Shown one piece after another: positions 15,518-23,666 of a stretch of 23,666 bases of DNA. Made by a program: the position numbers and the translations under genes. Location of the stretch: the sequence record NC_074632.1, one strand, 5' to 3'. The notes under the pieces were generated by a model. It was not told the DNA's origin, ran no database searches, and saw only the letters and a program-made list of their open reading frames with translations. Every line of letters begins with the position of its first letter. The stretch's first letter is position 1.

Positions 15518-18500
15518 ATGAGTAGTATCATTTCAGGTCTAGAGGCAGTAGAGACATTCTTTTCAGATGAGCTCACAGCATTAGAGAATTTTACAAATTT
15601 TCTAGCATCTGATTTTGTATCGTTTTTCCAAACTATTTCTGGCGATTTTCAACATGCAATATCTTTCCTAGCAACTGCAATTAGCGATATTCCTACCTTC
15701 ATTCAGCAAGGCGTCTCCTACTTTGTTCAAGTATTGCAAAATGTATTTTCTAATGTTTCGTCTGCAATATCTGGATTTGTGCAGTATGTATCTAGTGCAT
15801 TTCAAGGATTTTTCCAAGATGCATCTGGTTTAATGCAAGGATTTTTAGACTCCATTTACGGATTTTTTGCAAATATTGCCAACGGTCTTGCAGGATTTGT
15901 AGCAGGAGCATTTGAAGATCTTATACAAGCGTTTGGATCAGTAGGAAAATATGTAGCATCTGCTGTCCCGCAAATCATTAACTCAGTTGCGCCGGTTTTC
16001 GGTCCCTACTTGCTAGCTAGAATTTTGCCAAATGCGGTTGACAGATTAGGAGAAATCTTGCCAGGAATTGAAATATCTTTAGCCCCAGTCGGGTTAGGTG
16101 GAAAATTCAATATTGAATTTGGTGAAATAGCAAAAATGATTGGTGAGCCAATTGCCGATTTGATGAGGGAAATCACTGACGAAATGATGAGCGACCTTAA
16201 GGAGTTTTTGAAAGAACCATTTATTTCAAATTTCAAAATCACAATAAGAGAAATTTTCAACAGTATTGGACTTGGCGACCTTCCATTTGCAGACCCATCA
16301 TATCGTGAGATCACATCATGGATTGGCGCAAGATCATTCTCAGAAATGAAAGATCATCTAAGAGAAACAGTTCTCCTCACCGGATATCCGGCATGGTTTA
16401 CCAATGCATTCCTTGAGCCTCCTGCTGACGATTATATACCTGGAAATCCATTGTTTAAACCAGTTGCAATTCGTGATGTGATTACGGCATCTGAATATGG
16501 ACTATTGCCTGTATCGGCTGTAGAGCAATATGCAGAAAATAATTTGATAACGAAAAAAACTGCAAAATTAATGTATGAAAACCAGAATTTGAAATTGTTC
16601 CAGCGTGTAGTAGAACAAGGTATCAGAGCATTTGTTGTTGAGCCTGACAAAGCTTATGACTTAATGTTGTCTGGCACTTCCTTATCAGGCAAAGATTTAT
16701 TTACAAAATATTTCGATATTGAGTATCAATTTGCGACACAGAGATTTGCAAAACAGGTACTTAGGGCGCTTTTGTCAAGGGCTCTTTCCAATTTTGGTAG
16801 ACCGTATGTAGATATAAAGTATTTGACTAAAACCACAGATGAAATATATAAACAACTAAAATTGCCAAAAGAAGTTGAAAAATTGTTTGAAGAAATGATC
16901 ACAGAATCTCAACTTGTTCAATACAACCAATTAATTTTCACATTTTTAAGATCGAAAGTTGAAAAAGGAATATTTGATCAAAAAGATGTCGAAAAATTGC
17001 TAAAAGATTACAATTTCAACGTTAATGAATCGCTTTATATTTTGCAAAATTATGTAGATCTTCTAATCACAGAGACAGAAATCCAATTAATCCAACAGAA
17101 ATTGCAAAATTTCTTTATTTCCGATAAAGATGCAACGCACGAATTGAAAAAATTGAAAATAGATGATAATTATGCAAATCTTTTGGTTGACAGATATTAT
17201 AATTTACCGTTGGCAAAAGAGAAAGCGAATGTGTATATCTCTTTGTTAAAAAAAGGATATTACAACAGTCACGAAGCAAAAACTGTATTTAAAGCACTTG
17301 GTTATTCGGCAAGTGTAATTGATGAATTATTGGATTTATATTCGCAAGAAATTGAGACAGAACTGCAGATAAAAACGATAGAACAAAAAGCCCAATTATT
17401 CCTTTTGGACGAACATGAAATCAGCACTGAACTGAAAGCGTTGCATGTATCAGATGCTCTTATCCAGGAAATTATTACAGAATATTTGCAAATTCCGTTT
17501 TTGAAGCAACAAGTTGCAATTTACGAATCCCTGATCAAAAAGGGATATTATAACAGTCATGAGGCAAAAAGACTGTTTTCGTCATTGGGTTATAAACAGA
17601 CGGCAGTTGAACAACTTATACCATTGTACTCACAAGAAATTGAAATTGAAACAACAATTTCAAAATATAAGGCGTTGTTGCAACATTTCCTAATCGACGA
17701 AAAAACTACTGAACAAGAATTGAAAAAATTGCATGTGTCTGACGCATTAATTGATGAATTATTGACAGAATATTATCAAGTTCCATTAGATGAAAAAATA
17801 TTCAATATTTATCTTACACTTTTAGAAAAAGGGTACATTACGGTAGATGCGATTAAAAAAATTTTGGGCGCAAAAAATGTTAATGCAACCGCTCTAAAAG
17901 AAATTTCAGATGCTTACAACTACGAAATCGAAATTGAAAATTCGATTAAATATATACAATCATTACTAAAGGCATTGATCATTGACGAAAAGACCGCAGA
18001 ACAGGAATTGAAAAAATTGAATATTTCTGATACATTAACAAAAGCGATAATTGCAGAATACACGCCGGTTTTAGTAAATGTAAAATCTGTTGCGCAAACA
18101 ATTATAGAAGGCGCAATATACAATGTCCAAAAAGTTCCAATTTCTGCATCTCATGTTGCAGGTGATTTGAAAAAATTGAACATTCCTGATAATCAAATAA
18201 ATGCGCTCGTAGACGAAATTGAATCGCAAGTTGCTTTGGAGATCTGGAGAAAATATTTGCCGTCATTGTCCGATATAAAAACCGCTTTGACATATGGTTA
18301 TCCAATTGACAAATTATTGCAATTATCTCTCATACCTGCAGAATTATACAACATACACGCAGATCTGACACAATATGAAATTGTCGCAAAAGAAGTGCAA
18401 AACTTAAAGACCACATATGCAAAATTGTTAACGTATAATGTAGTAAATTCACAATTAGAAACAATGTTGAGACAATATGGAATTAACGATCAATTGTTAC

Positions 18501-18865
18501 AAGTTTTACAATTACAAGCACAATTAGAAAAAATACTAACTGCTTATCAAGAATTATATCTCACACCGTCAAAAGCACTGTCGATTGCCGAATATGTTTC
18601 AAACCCAGATCAACTAATTCAAAAAGTATTCGCAGAGTACCAAGTACCGCCAGACTTACAACAAACTTATCTGGAATATACAAGGAATAGAAGACTGAAG
18701 TCCTACATCAGCGAAATAATATACACAATTTCAGATCTATTTGAAAGACATAAAATATCGTTAGACCAGGCAATGCAGTACTTGCTACAATTCAAAAAAT
18801 ATGGTCTCACAGATGAAGAAATTGAATTAATAAAATTAAATTGGCAATTAAGAGGGATGTACTGA
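15518..18865 (+). CDS. Large virion terminal-fibre protein (SIRV2 P1070 / gp38-like)
   Basis: 1115 aa, amphipathic F-periodic N-terminus, internal ~96-aa helical repeats; largest ORF, as in rudiviruses. Confidence 0.8.
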   Translation: MSSIISGLEAVETFFSDELTALENFTNFLASDFVSFFQTISGDFQHAISFLATAISDIPTFIQQGVSYFVQVLQNVFSNVSSAISGFVQYVSSAFQGFFQDASGLMQGFLDSIYGFFANIANGLAGFVAGAFEDLIQAFGSVGKYVASAVPQIINSVAPVFGPYLLARILPNAVDRLGEILPGIEISLAPVGLGGKFNIEFGEIAKMIGEPIADLMREITDEMMSDLKEFLKEPFISNFKITIREIFNSIGLGDLPFADPSYREITSWIGARSFSEMKDHLRETVLLTGYPAWFTNAFLEPPADDYIPGNPLFKPVAIRDVITASEYGLLPVSAVEQYAENNLITKKTAKLMYENQNLKLFQRVVEQGIRAFVVEPDKAYDLMLSGTSLSGKDLFTKYFDIEYQFATQRFAKQVLRALLSRALSNFGRPYVDIKYLTKTTDEIYKQLKLPKEVEKLFEEMITESQLVQYNQLIFTFLRSKVEKGIFDQKDVEKLLKDYNFNVNESLYILQNYVDLLITETEIQLIQQKLQNFFISDKDATHELKKLKIDDNYANLLVDRYYNLPLAKEKANVYISLLKKGYYNSHEAKTVFKALGYSASVIDELLDLYSQEIETELQIKTIEQKAQLFLLDEHEISTELKALHVSDALIQEIITEYLQIPFLKQQVAIYESLIKKGYYNSHEAKRLFSSLGYKQTAVEQLIPLYSQEIEIETTISKYKALLQHFLIDEKTTEQELKKLHVSDALIDELLTEYYQVPLDEKIFNIYLTLLEKGYITVDAIKKILGAKNVNATALKEISDAYNYEIEIENSIKYIQSLLKALIIDEKTAEQELKKLNISDTLTKAIIAEYTPVLVNVKSVAQTIIEGAIYNVQKVPISASHVAGDLKKLNIPDNQINALVDEIESQVALEIWRKYLPSLSDIKTALTYGYPIDKLLQLSLIPAELYNIHADLTQYEIVAKEVQNLKTTYAKLLTYNVVNSQLETMLRQYGINDQLLQVLQLQAQLEKILTAYQELYLTPSKALSIAEYVSNPDQLIQKVFAEYQVPPDLQQTYLEYTRNRRLKSYISEIIYTISDLFERHKISLDQAMQYLLQFKKYGLTDEEIELIKLNWQLRGMY

Positions 18866-18866
18866 C

Positions 18867-20078
18867 ATGGCAACACCTCTTAATCACGTATCGTCAAACA
18901 ACGTCATTTCGTCATCTGCATGGAACCAGGCAATCTCCGATTTGGAATATATTTATAGTGAATATCAAACAATTCTAAATACTATACAACAACTGCAAAA
19001 TATCAACAGCCAAATTACGGCATCAAATTATCAGACTGAGGCAACTGACGCATGTAACGCCATTCAAAATCTTTTCAATTATTTACAAAGCCCAACATTA
19101 TTATCATCTTTCCCTGATTATATTACAAATATCCCGCCTGCCGTTACTGGGGGCGTATTATTTGCGTCTATGATGAATTCTTTGACATATGCGGTAGAAA
19201 AATTGTATAATTCAATAATGCCAAAGCCCGCACCGCAAATTTCAACAGTTGCTGGCGGAGATATAGTAACTGCAAGACATTGGAATAAAATCGTGGATAC
19301 AATAAATACATTATTAAATTTATTTTCACCAACAATTTTTGCAAACAGATATACAACAATAAATGTAAATTTTCCTTTTATATTTCTATATTTGAATGAA
19401 TCTGGTGTATCGGTCAACACTGATGGTCCAATAAACACAATGTTCATCACTGGCGTAACACAACAAACATATCTAGAATATTATTTTTACGGTCCAAATC
19501 CAATTACAAATTTATTTTTATGCGCAGAAACAAGTGAGGGTGCGTCATACAACAATATGTTTATCCAAAACATATATATATATCAACAAAATACATATTA
19601 CTATTTTCTTGATAATTCTGTTACACAAAATGTATATGCATATAATGAGGATATATATTTGGTTGAAGAAAATAATGCATATGTACAAAATGCATATATA
19701 TACGGCGCTTATGCAGAAATTGAAACATATGACAATGCAATTGCAGACAATATATATACATACGGATACAAATCAGCCGTTTATGTAGAGAATTCCTCTA
19801 CGGTTAATAATATATATGTATATGCCGATTACGGATACCTATACGTCTACGATTACGCAACTGTGGAAAACATATATGTTTTCGGAAATGAAGGAATAGT
19901 TGAAGCATCTTCTCCAGCGATAGTTCAAAATTTATATTTATGTGGCGGAGATAATTCAATATTTCCATATAACGTAATAAATCTTTATTTATGCAATTCT
20001 AATAATTATATATCTGGAGGATCTCCAAATATAATAACTGATTCTTCTGTCTGCAACCAAATATGCGGTTCAAATTGA
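18867..20078 (+). CDS. Putative fibre/adhesin with C-terminal beta-solenoid
   Basis: N-terminal WN motifs; seven exact 20-aa-period xxNxYxY repeats (19563-19982). Confidence 0.65.
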   Translation: MATPLNHVSSNNVISSSAWNQAISDLEYIYSEYQTILNTIQQLQNINSQITASNYQTEATDACNAIQNLFNYLQSPTLLSSFPDYITNIPPAVTGGVLFASMMNSLTYAVEKLYNSIMPKPAPQISTVAGGDIVTARHWNKIVDTINTLLNLFSPTIFANRYTTINVNFPFIFLYLNESGVSVNTDGPINTMFITGVTQQTYLEYYFYGPNPITNLFLCAETSEGASYNNMFIQNIYIYQQNTYYYFLDNSVTQNVYAYNEDIYLVEENNAYVQNAYIYGAYAEIETYDNAIADNIYTYGYKSAVYVENSSTVNNIYVYADYGYLYVYDYATVENIYVFGNEGIVEASSPAIVQNLYLCGGDNSIFPYNVINLYLCNSNNYISGGSPNIITDSSVCNQICGSN

Positions 20079-20084
20079 TTAAGT

Positions 20085-20180
20085 ATTCATATTATTAATA
20101 TTAGGTATATGAGTACTGGATATTTTTCGCTCAGAATCAAAAAATTTGTCTGCAACATTCCTATATATTATATAAGGAAT
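20085..20180. promoter_or_regulatory. Paired operator-like motifs upstream of the methyltransferase-GT operon
   Basis: ATTCATATTATTAATATTAGGTATATGAGT 20085-20114 and near-palindrome ATTCCTATATATTATATAAGGAAT 20157-20180. Confidence 0.65.
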
Positions 20181-20241
20181 ATTAGCATTCAGAATTGTTA
20201 ATGAATTTGCTTTTTAAAATGTTTACACAAAGAATATCATT

Positions 20242-20712
20242 ATGCTGGGCAAATATTTTTACGACTTACAGTGTGACTATTGGAGAGAATATCCTTATGC
20301 CTACGGTCTTTTAAATCCTTACGGAAAGACAATACAAATTGTAGGTGCAGATTGCGGATCATCAGCTTTGTATTTCCTGTTGAGAGGCGCAAAATATATA
20401 ATTCAATACGAAAAAGAACAACATTTACGAGATAAATGGAAAGAAGTATGTGAAAAATTTTCAATTTGCCAAAAAGCAGAAATGAAACCAGAATGGAACG
20501 GACAGTATGACGACGTCAATATCTTCATTATGGATTGCGAAGGATGCGAAGAAAATTTACGGACGGATGAACTGAAAAAATATGAGCAATATTGTATTGC
20601 AGTCCACGATTGGACAAAAAACCGTGTAGAACTGTTGCGGAAACTTCAAGGTCTAACATTTACATATGTTACAGATGATGGTAAAGAAATTGTATTATGT
20701 AAATTGAGGTGA
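20242..20712 (+). CDS. SAM-dependent methyltransferase (FkbM-like; SIRV ORF158-like)
   Basis: Motif I IQIVGADCGSSALYF, then IIQYE and FIMDCEG. Confidence 0.8.
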   Translation: MLGKYFYDLQCDYWREYPYAYGLLNPYGKTIQIVGADCGSSALYFLLRGAKYIIQYEKEQHLRDKWKEVCEKFSICQKAEMKPEWNGQYDDVNIFIMDCEGCEENLRTDELKKYEQYCIAVHDWTKNRVELLRKLQGLTFTYVTDDGKEIVLCKLR

Positions 20713-20718
20713 TGCAAA

Positions 20719-21309
20719 ATGAAAATTTTCACATTTTGTGGCAATTGCAAACATTTAGGCGAATTGGATTTTGATTACGTAGTTGTAGACCAAACGTATA
20801 ATGATATTTTGCCAGAGCAGATTGAAAAATATAAAGATAAAATAATTTGGAATGAGACAAATTCATGGGATAGACAGATAAGAATCGCAAAAAATGTACT
20901 GAAGGCGTTGGAAGTTGCAAAAGGTCTAGGAGATGAAACGATCGCAATTATCGATAGCGACATTATTATTCCTAGGTTAAGAAATATTGTTATTAGTGAA
21001 ACAACGCTAACGCTTTGTTATCCACTTTTGTATCTTTGGGCTAACGAAATTAGACCGTTTTGTTCAGGAACAAATTATATTATTCCAAAACGAAAAATCT
21101 TTGCAGTTGAGCATGAACTACAATATTTTGTGGAACATAGAGACAAAATAGAAGAAAAAGTCGACATATTTGTTCACGACCACATCATGCACGTTAACGC
21201 CTTTATCCCGCCAGTTTCACATTATATTTACGGTGAAAAAGTAACATATACAGAAAATGATATCATACAGATTAGAAAACATATACCGGAATTAACACTA
21301 GTGTTTTAA
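20719..21309 (+). CDS. GT-A-like glycosyltransferase
   Basis: DxD motif IAIIDSDII; lies between the methyltransferase and the GT-B gene. Confidence 0.65.
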   Translation: MKIFTFCGNCKHLGELDFDYVVVDQTYNDILPEQIEKYKDKIIWNETNSWDRQIRIAKNVLKALEVAKGLGDETIAIIDSDIIIPRLRNIVISETTLTLCYPLLYLWANEIRPFCSGTNYIIPKRKIFAVEHELQYFVEHRDKIEEKVDIFVHDHIMHVNAFIPPVSHYIYGEKVTYTENDIIQIRKHIPELTLVF

Positions 21310-21310
21310 A

Positions 21311-22372
21311 ATGCTCATTTACTACGTTTACCCAATGCACCATGACGTTAGTTTCAAATTTGTTGCACTAGAACATATCAAAATGCTAAAAAGCGAATAT
21401 ACTGTCTACGATATTCCAGAATTGAATTTTTATCAGTTTACACCATATGGGAAACCGCTAACATTTATCCATCCATTCTTTTACGGCATGGTAAATTGGA
21501 ATGATGTACAATGGTCATTTTTCAAAATGTACAGATCAAAAGTATCAAAAATAATTGGAATAGAAGTTGCAGACAGTGATAAAATTGCAGAAAAATACAT
21601 CGATATCGCAAACTCATGGGCGGATGCTCTTATTGTAAATTCCAAATGGTCTTACAACGCATATATAAATTCAGGCTTGAAAATTCCAATTTTTGTAGTC
21701 CCCCACAATTACGATCCAAAGCTTGAAGTCTCAGATGATCAACTTAAAGTTTCACCAGAAATCAAAAAAATTGAAGAAATAAAAAACGAAAAGAAAATCA
21801 AAATCATACTATTTTTCGCATGGCATTCAGCGTATAGAAAAGGTGACGATTTATTTCAAAAAATAGCAAGACAAATACAAAAAGAACGGAATGACATTTA
21901 CTTTATTGTAAAATCTCCAATGCCACGCCAAGATTTGAATGACCTAAAGCTTTTTAATATTACTGGCGTCATACCGTTTGACGATATCGTCAAGATGTAT
22001 CGTATCGCAGACGTATTGCTTTTGCCTTCACGTGGCGGATCATTTGAATTGAACGGTCTTGAGGCTTTGGTTAGCGGGACACCAGTTATTGCGCCTGATG
22101 AAGGACCTTGGACTGAATATTTCCCACCGTCACTGAAGTATTTACTAGCAAAAACTGTAAATCATCCAATCGTTTTGCCTGGTAATCCAATTCATATCGG
22201 ACAGGGAGTAGAAATTTCAATAGATGATGCAGTAGAGAAAACACTAAAAATTCTAGATAATATTGAAGAAGAAAAAGCAAAAGTAAAAAATGAAATTGAT
22301 TTCTTCCACAAAAATTACAGTTTTGATGCAGTAAAAAGGAAATTACTAGACGTAACATCTACCTTCGTCTAG
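21311..22372 (+). CDS. GT-B (GT4-like) glycosyltransferase
   Basis: YRKGDD and LLPSRGGSFELNGLEALVSGTPVI. Confidence 0.9.
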   Translation: MLIYYVYPMHHDVSFKFVALEHIKMLKSEYTVYDIPELNFYQFTPYGKPLTFIHPFFYGMVNWNDVQWSFFKMYRSKVSKIIGIEVADSDKIAEKYIDIANSWADALIVNSKWSYNAYINSGLKIPIFVVPHNYDPKLEVSDDQLKVSPEIKKIEEIKNEKKIKIILFFAWHSAYRKGDDLFQKIARQIQKERNDIYFIVKSPMPRQDLNDLKLFNITGVIPFDDIVKMYRIADVLLLPSRGGSFELNGLEALVSGTPVIAPDEGPWTEYFPPSLKYLLAKTVNHPIVLPGNPIHIGQGVEISIDDAVEKTLKILDNIEEEKAKVKNEIDFFHKNYSFDAVKRKLLDVTSTFV

Positions 22373-23191
22373 AACTTTTTTTACATATTTTATTTGTTCT
22401 CTTAACCCAATCACTGTAACATTGCATTTTGTTGCAATTTCATATTGATAAATTGGATATTTCATATTGCTAGCAACATAATACAATATTGCGCCCGCAA
22501 ATATTCTTCTGGACCTACCGCTTATGTCAATTTTTTGAGATAGTTCGATAGCTTTTTGAATTATTTCAATTGGCAAACCAAGTCTTTGTCCGCATTCCTT
22601 TATTGCAACATCAGTTGCTAATACTGGAATTTTTTCATCAAGATGTTTTAAAACCTTAAAATATACATGCTTTAGCTCAGATTTCAAAATTCCTGTTAAG
22701 TCAAAAACTTTTCTAGAATATTCCTCAAAAGAAATATCAATTTGAAATTTCCTAAATGCGACATAAATACACGCTAGCGCAACAATTTCGTAGCCATAAT
22801 GTCTTAGGAATTTTGCCTTCCATACTTTTTGCAACAATCTACCTGCCTCCTCTTCCACAAAAGCCGGCGCATCCAATTTTGGCGCCATTGTCCGTAAATA
22901 TTTCAATGCCTGTATTAAAACCCTATCATCGCCTGGATATATCGCACCTATCGTAGATTTTTTTGGTTTTGGTTGGGTAGTCGGCAAAAATCCAGAATTT
23001 GTATATAAAGTTGGCTTTATTGTTTTCGCTCTAGATTTTTCATCTCTGTCTTCTTGCGTATATGCCTTCCATTCTGGACCTTGATCTACAACTCTATCTT
23101 CTATTACTTCGCCAGTCTCTGTGCAGATGTACTCTCCTCTTTCTGCATCAAAAATTATTTTATTTGAAGGACAAATAATTTCGCTTTCCAT
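22346..23191 (-). CDS. tfb: Transcription initiation factor B (TFB/TFIIB) homologue
   Basis: [35 protein letters not shown] (Sulfolobales-type B-ribbon and start of B-reader), two cyclin-fold repeats, C-terminal HTH. Confidence 0.92.
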   Translation of the reverse strand: [281 protein letters not shown]

Positions 23192-23325
23192 GTGAAAATC
23201 TAAAAATGACTACATTTTTATAACTTGATGAAAATAGATGTATGATTATGTACTGTTAGTTCAAATTTTAAAATCATAGAAATAATATGGCAAACTTGAA
23301 AAAAATAGCAGACAAAAAAAGAAAA

Positions 23326-23550
23326 TTAATCAATAACCTGATCTAAAATTGCCCCAAGATATGGTGGCAAAAACAAATGTGATACGCCGTCCAAACATTG
23401 ATGACAAGTATCAACATCAGCAATAATAATTATTGGCAAAACCCCTGGATATTTCTTAGCAAATCTCATAGCCTTTTCCGCAACGCTTGCGCTTTGATGC
23501 TTTAGCCATTCTTTATATTCTTTTTCATTTGCGAATCTCAAAATTTCCAT
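23326..23550 (-). CDS. Hypothetical protein (74 aa, CxxC)
   Basis: ATG with SD GGAG; contains CHQC. Confidence 0.65.
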   Translation of the reverse strand: MEILRFANEKEYKEWLKHQSASVAEKAMRFAKKYPGVLPIIIIADVDTCHQCLDGVSHLFLPPYLGAILDQVID

Positions 23551-23556
23551 CTTTGA

Positions 23557-23664
23557 TCATACTCCATATTGTAATTCTAATAACATTAAAAATAGTTTGC
23601 AAACCTCTAACGATCCATCGCCATGAGAAGTTTTCAAATGATGTATGATATCGTCATTATATTT
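23557..23664 (-). CDS. 3-prime end of a gene cut by the window edge (possibly C2H2 zinc-finger-like)
   Basis: Open frame runs to the edge: KYNDDIIHHLKTSHGDGSLEVCKLFLMLLELQYGV-stop; its end carries the SD of the next gene. Confidence 0.45.
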   Translation of the reverse strand, partial: KYNDDIIHHLKTSHGDGSLEVCKLFLMLLELQYGV

Positions 23665-23666
23665 CG

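Noticed and set aside
14765-19788. ORFs 14765-14962, 14808-15182, 15095-15322, 16006-16314, 16432-16650, 17920-18123, 18102-18305, 19118-19450, 19168-19359, 19534-19788
   Set aside because: All are nested within long structural genes; no independent evidence.
22346-22372. 27-bp convergent overlap of the GT and TFB 3-prime ends as antisense regulation
   Set aside because: Short tail-to-tail overlaps are common in compact archaeal virus genomes (also 8754-8771 and 10427-10432).
20240-22956. ORFs 20240-20464(-), 20729-20947(-), 20775-20963(-), 22086-22358(-), 22756-22956(+)
   Set aside because: Antisense to the methyltransferase, glycosyltransferases or TFB.

Overview
This AT-rich window is a nearly complete genome of an archaeal rod-shaped virus (Rudiviridae, Ligamenvirales; SIRV/ARV-like, with Sulfolobales hosts). 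The call rests on several proteins I recognise: the 134-aa major capsid protein (7018-7422), HUH Rep, the SSB/AAA+ ATPase/Cas4-like nuclease module, a Holliday junction resolvase, three minor virion proteins (P488-, P564- and P1070-like), three glycosyltransferases, a SAM methyltransferase, a GNAT, three RHH regulators (one missed by the ORF track) and a TFB homologue. From memory, and unverified, 23,666 bp matches the deposited length of Acidianus rod-shaped virus 3; BLAST is needed to confirm. No inverted terminal repeat is visible and the right edge appears to cut through a gene. The most unusual signals are: (1) six copies of a 24/26-bp GC-rich hairpin element with five different but perfectly complementary stems, two of them inside genes in the same reading frame, one within the HUH Rep gene itself; (2) a family of paired ~30-bp pseudo-palindromic operators, including a 106-bp module duplicated with identical spacing upstream of the capsid gene and a membrane-protein gene; (3) two truncated MCP-fold paralogues flanking the MCP gene; (4) a captured TFB with an altered linker and BRE-recognition helix; (5) promoter-gene-terminator cassettes at the left end that are candidate anti-defence genes. 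All alignments were done by eye, and homologue names come from recalled sequences.
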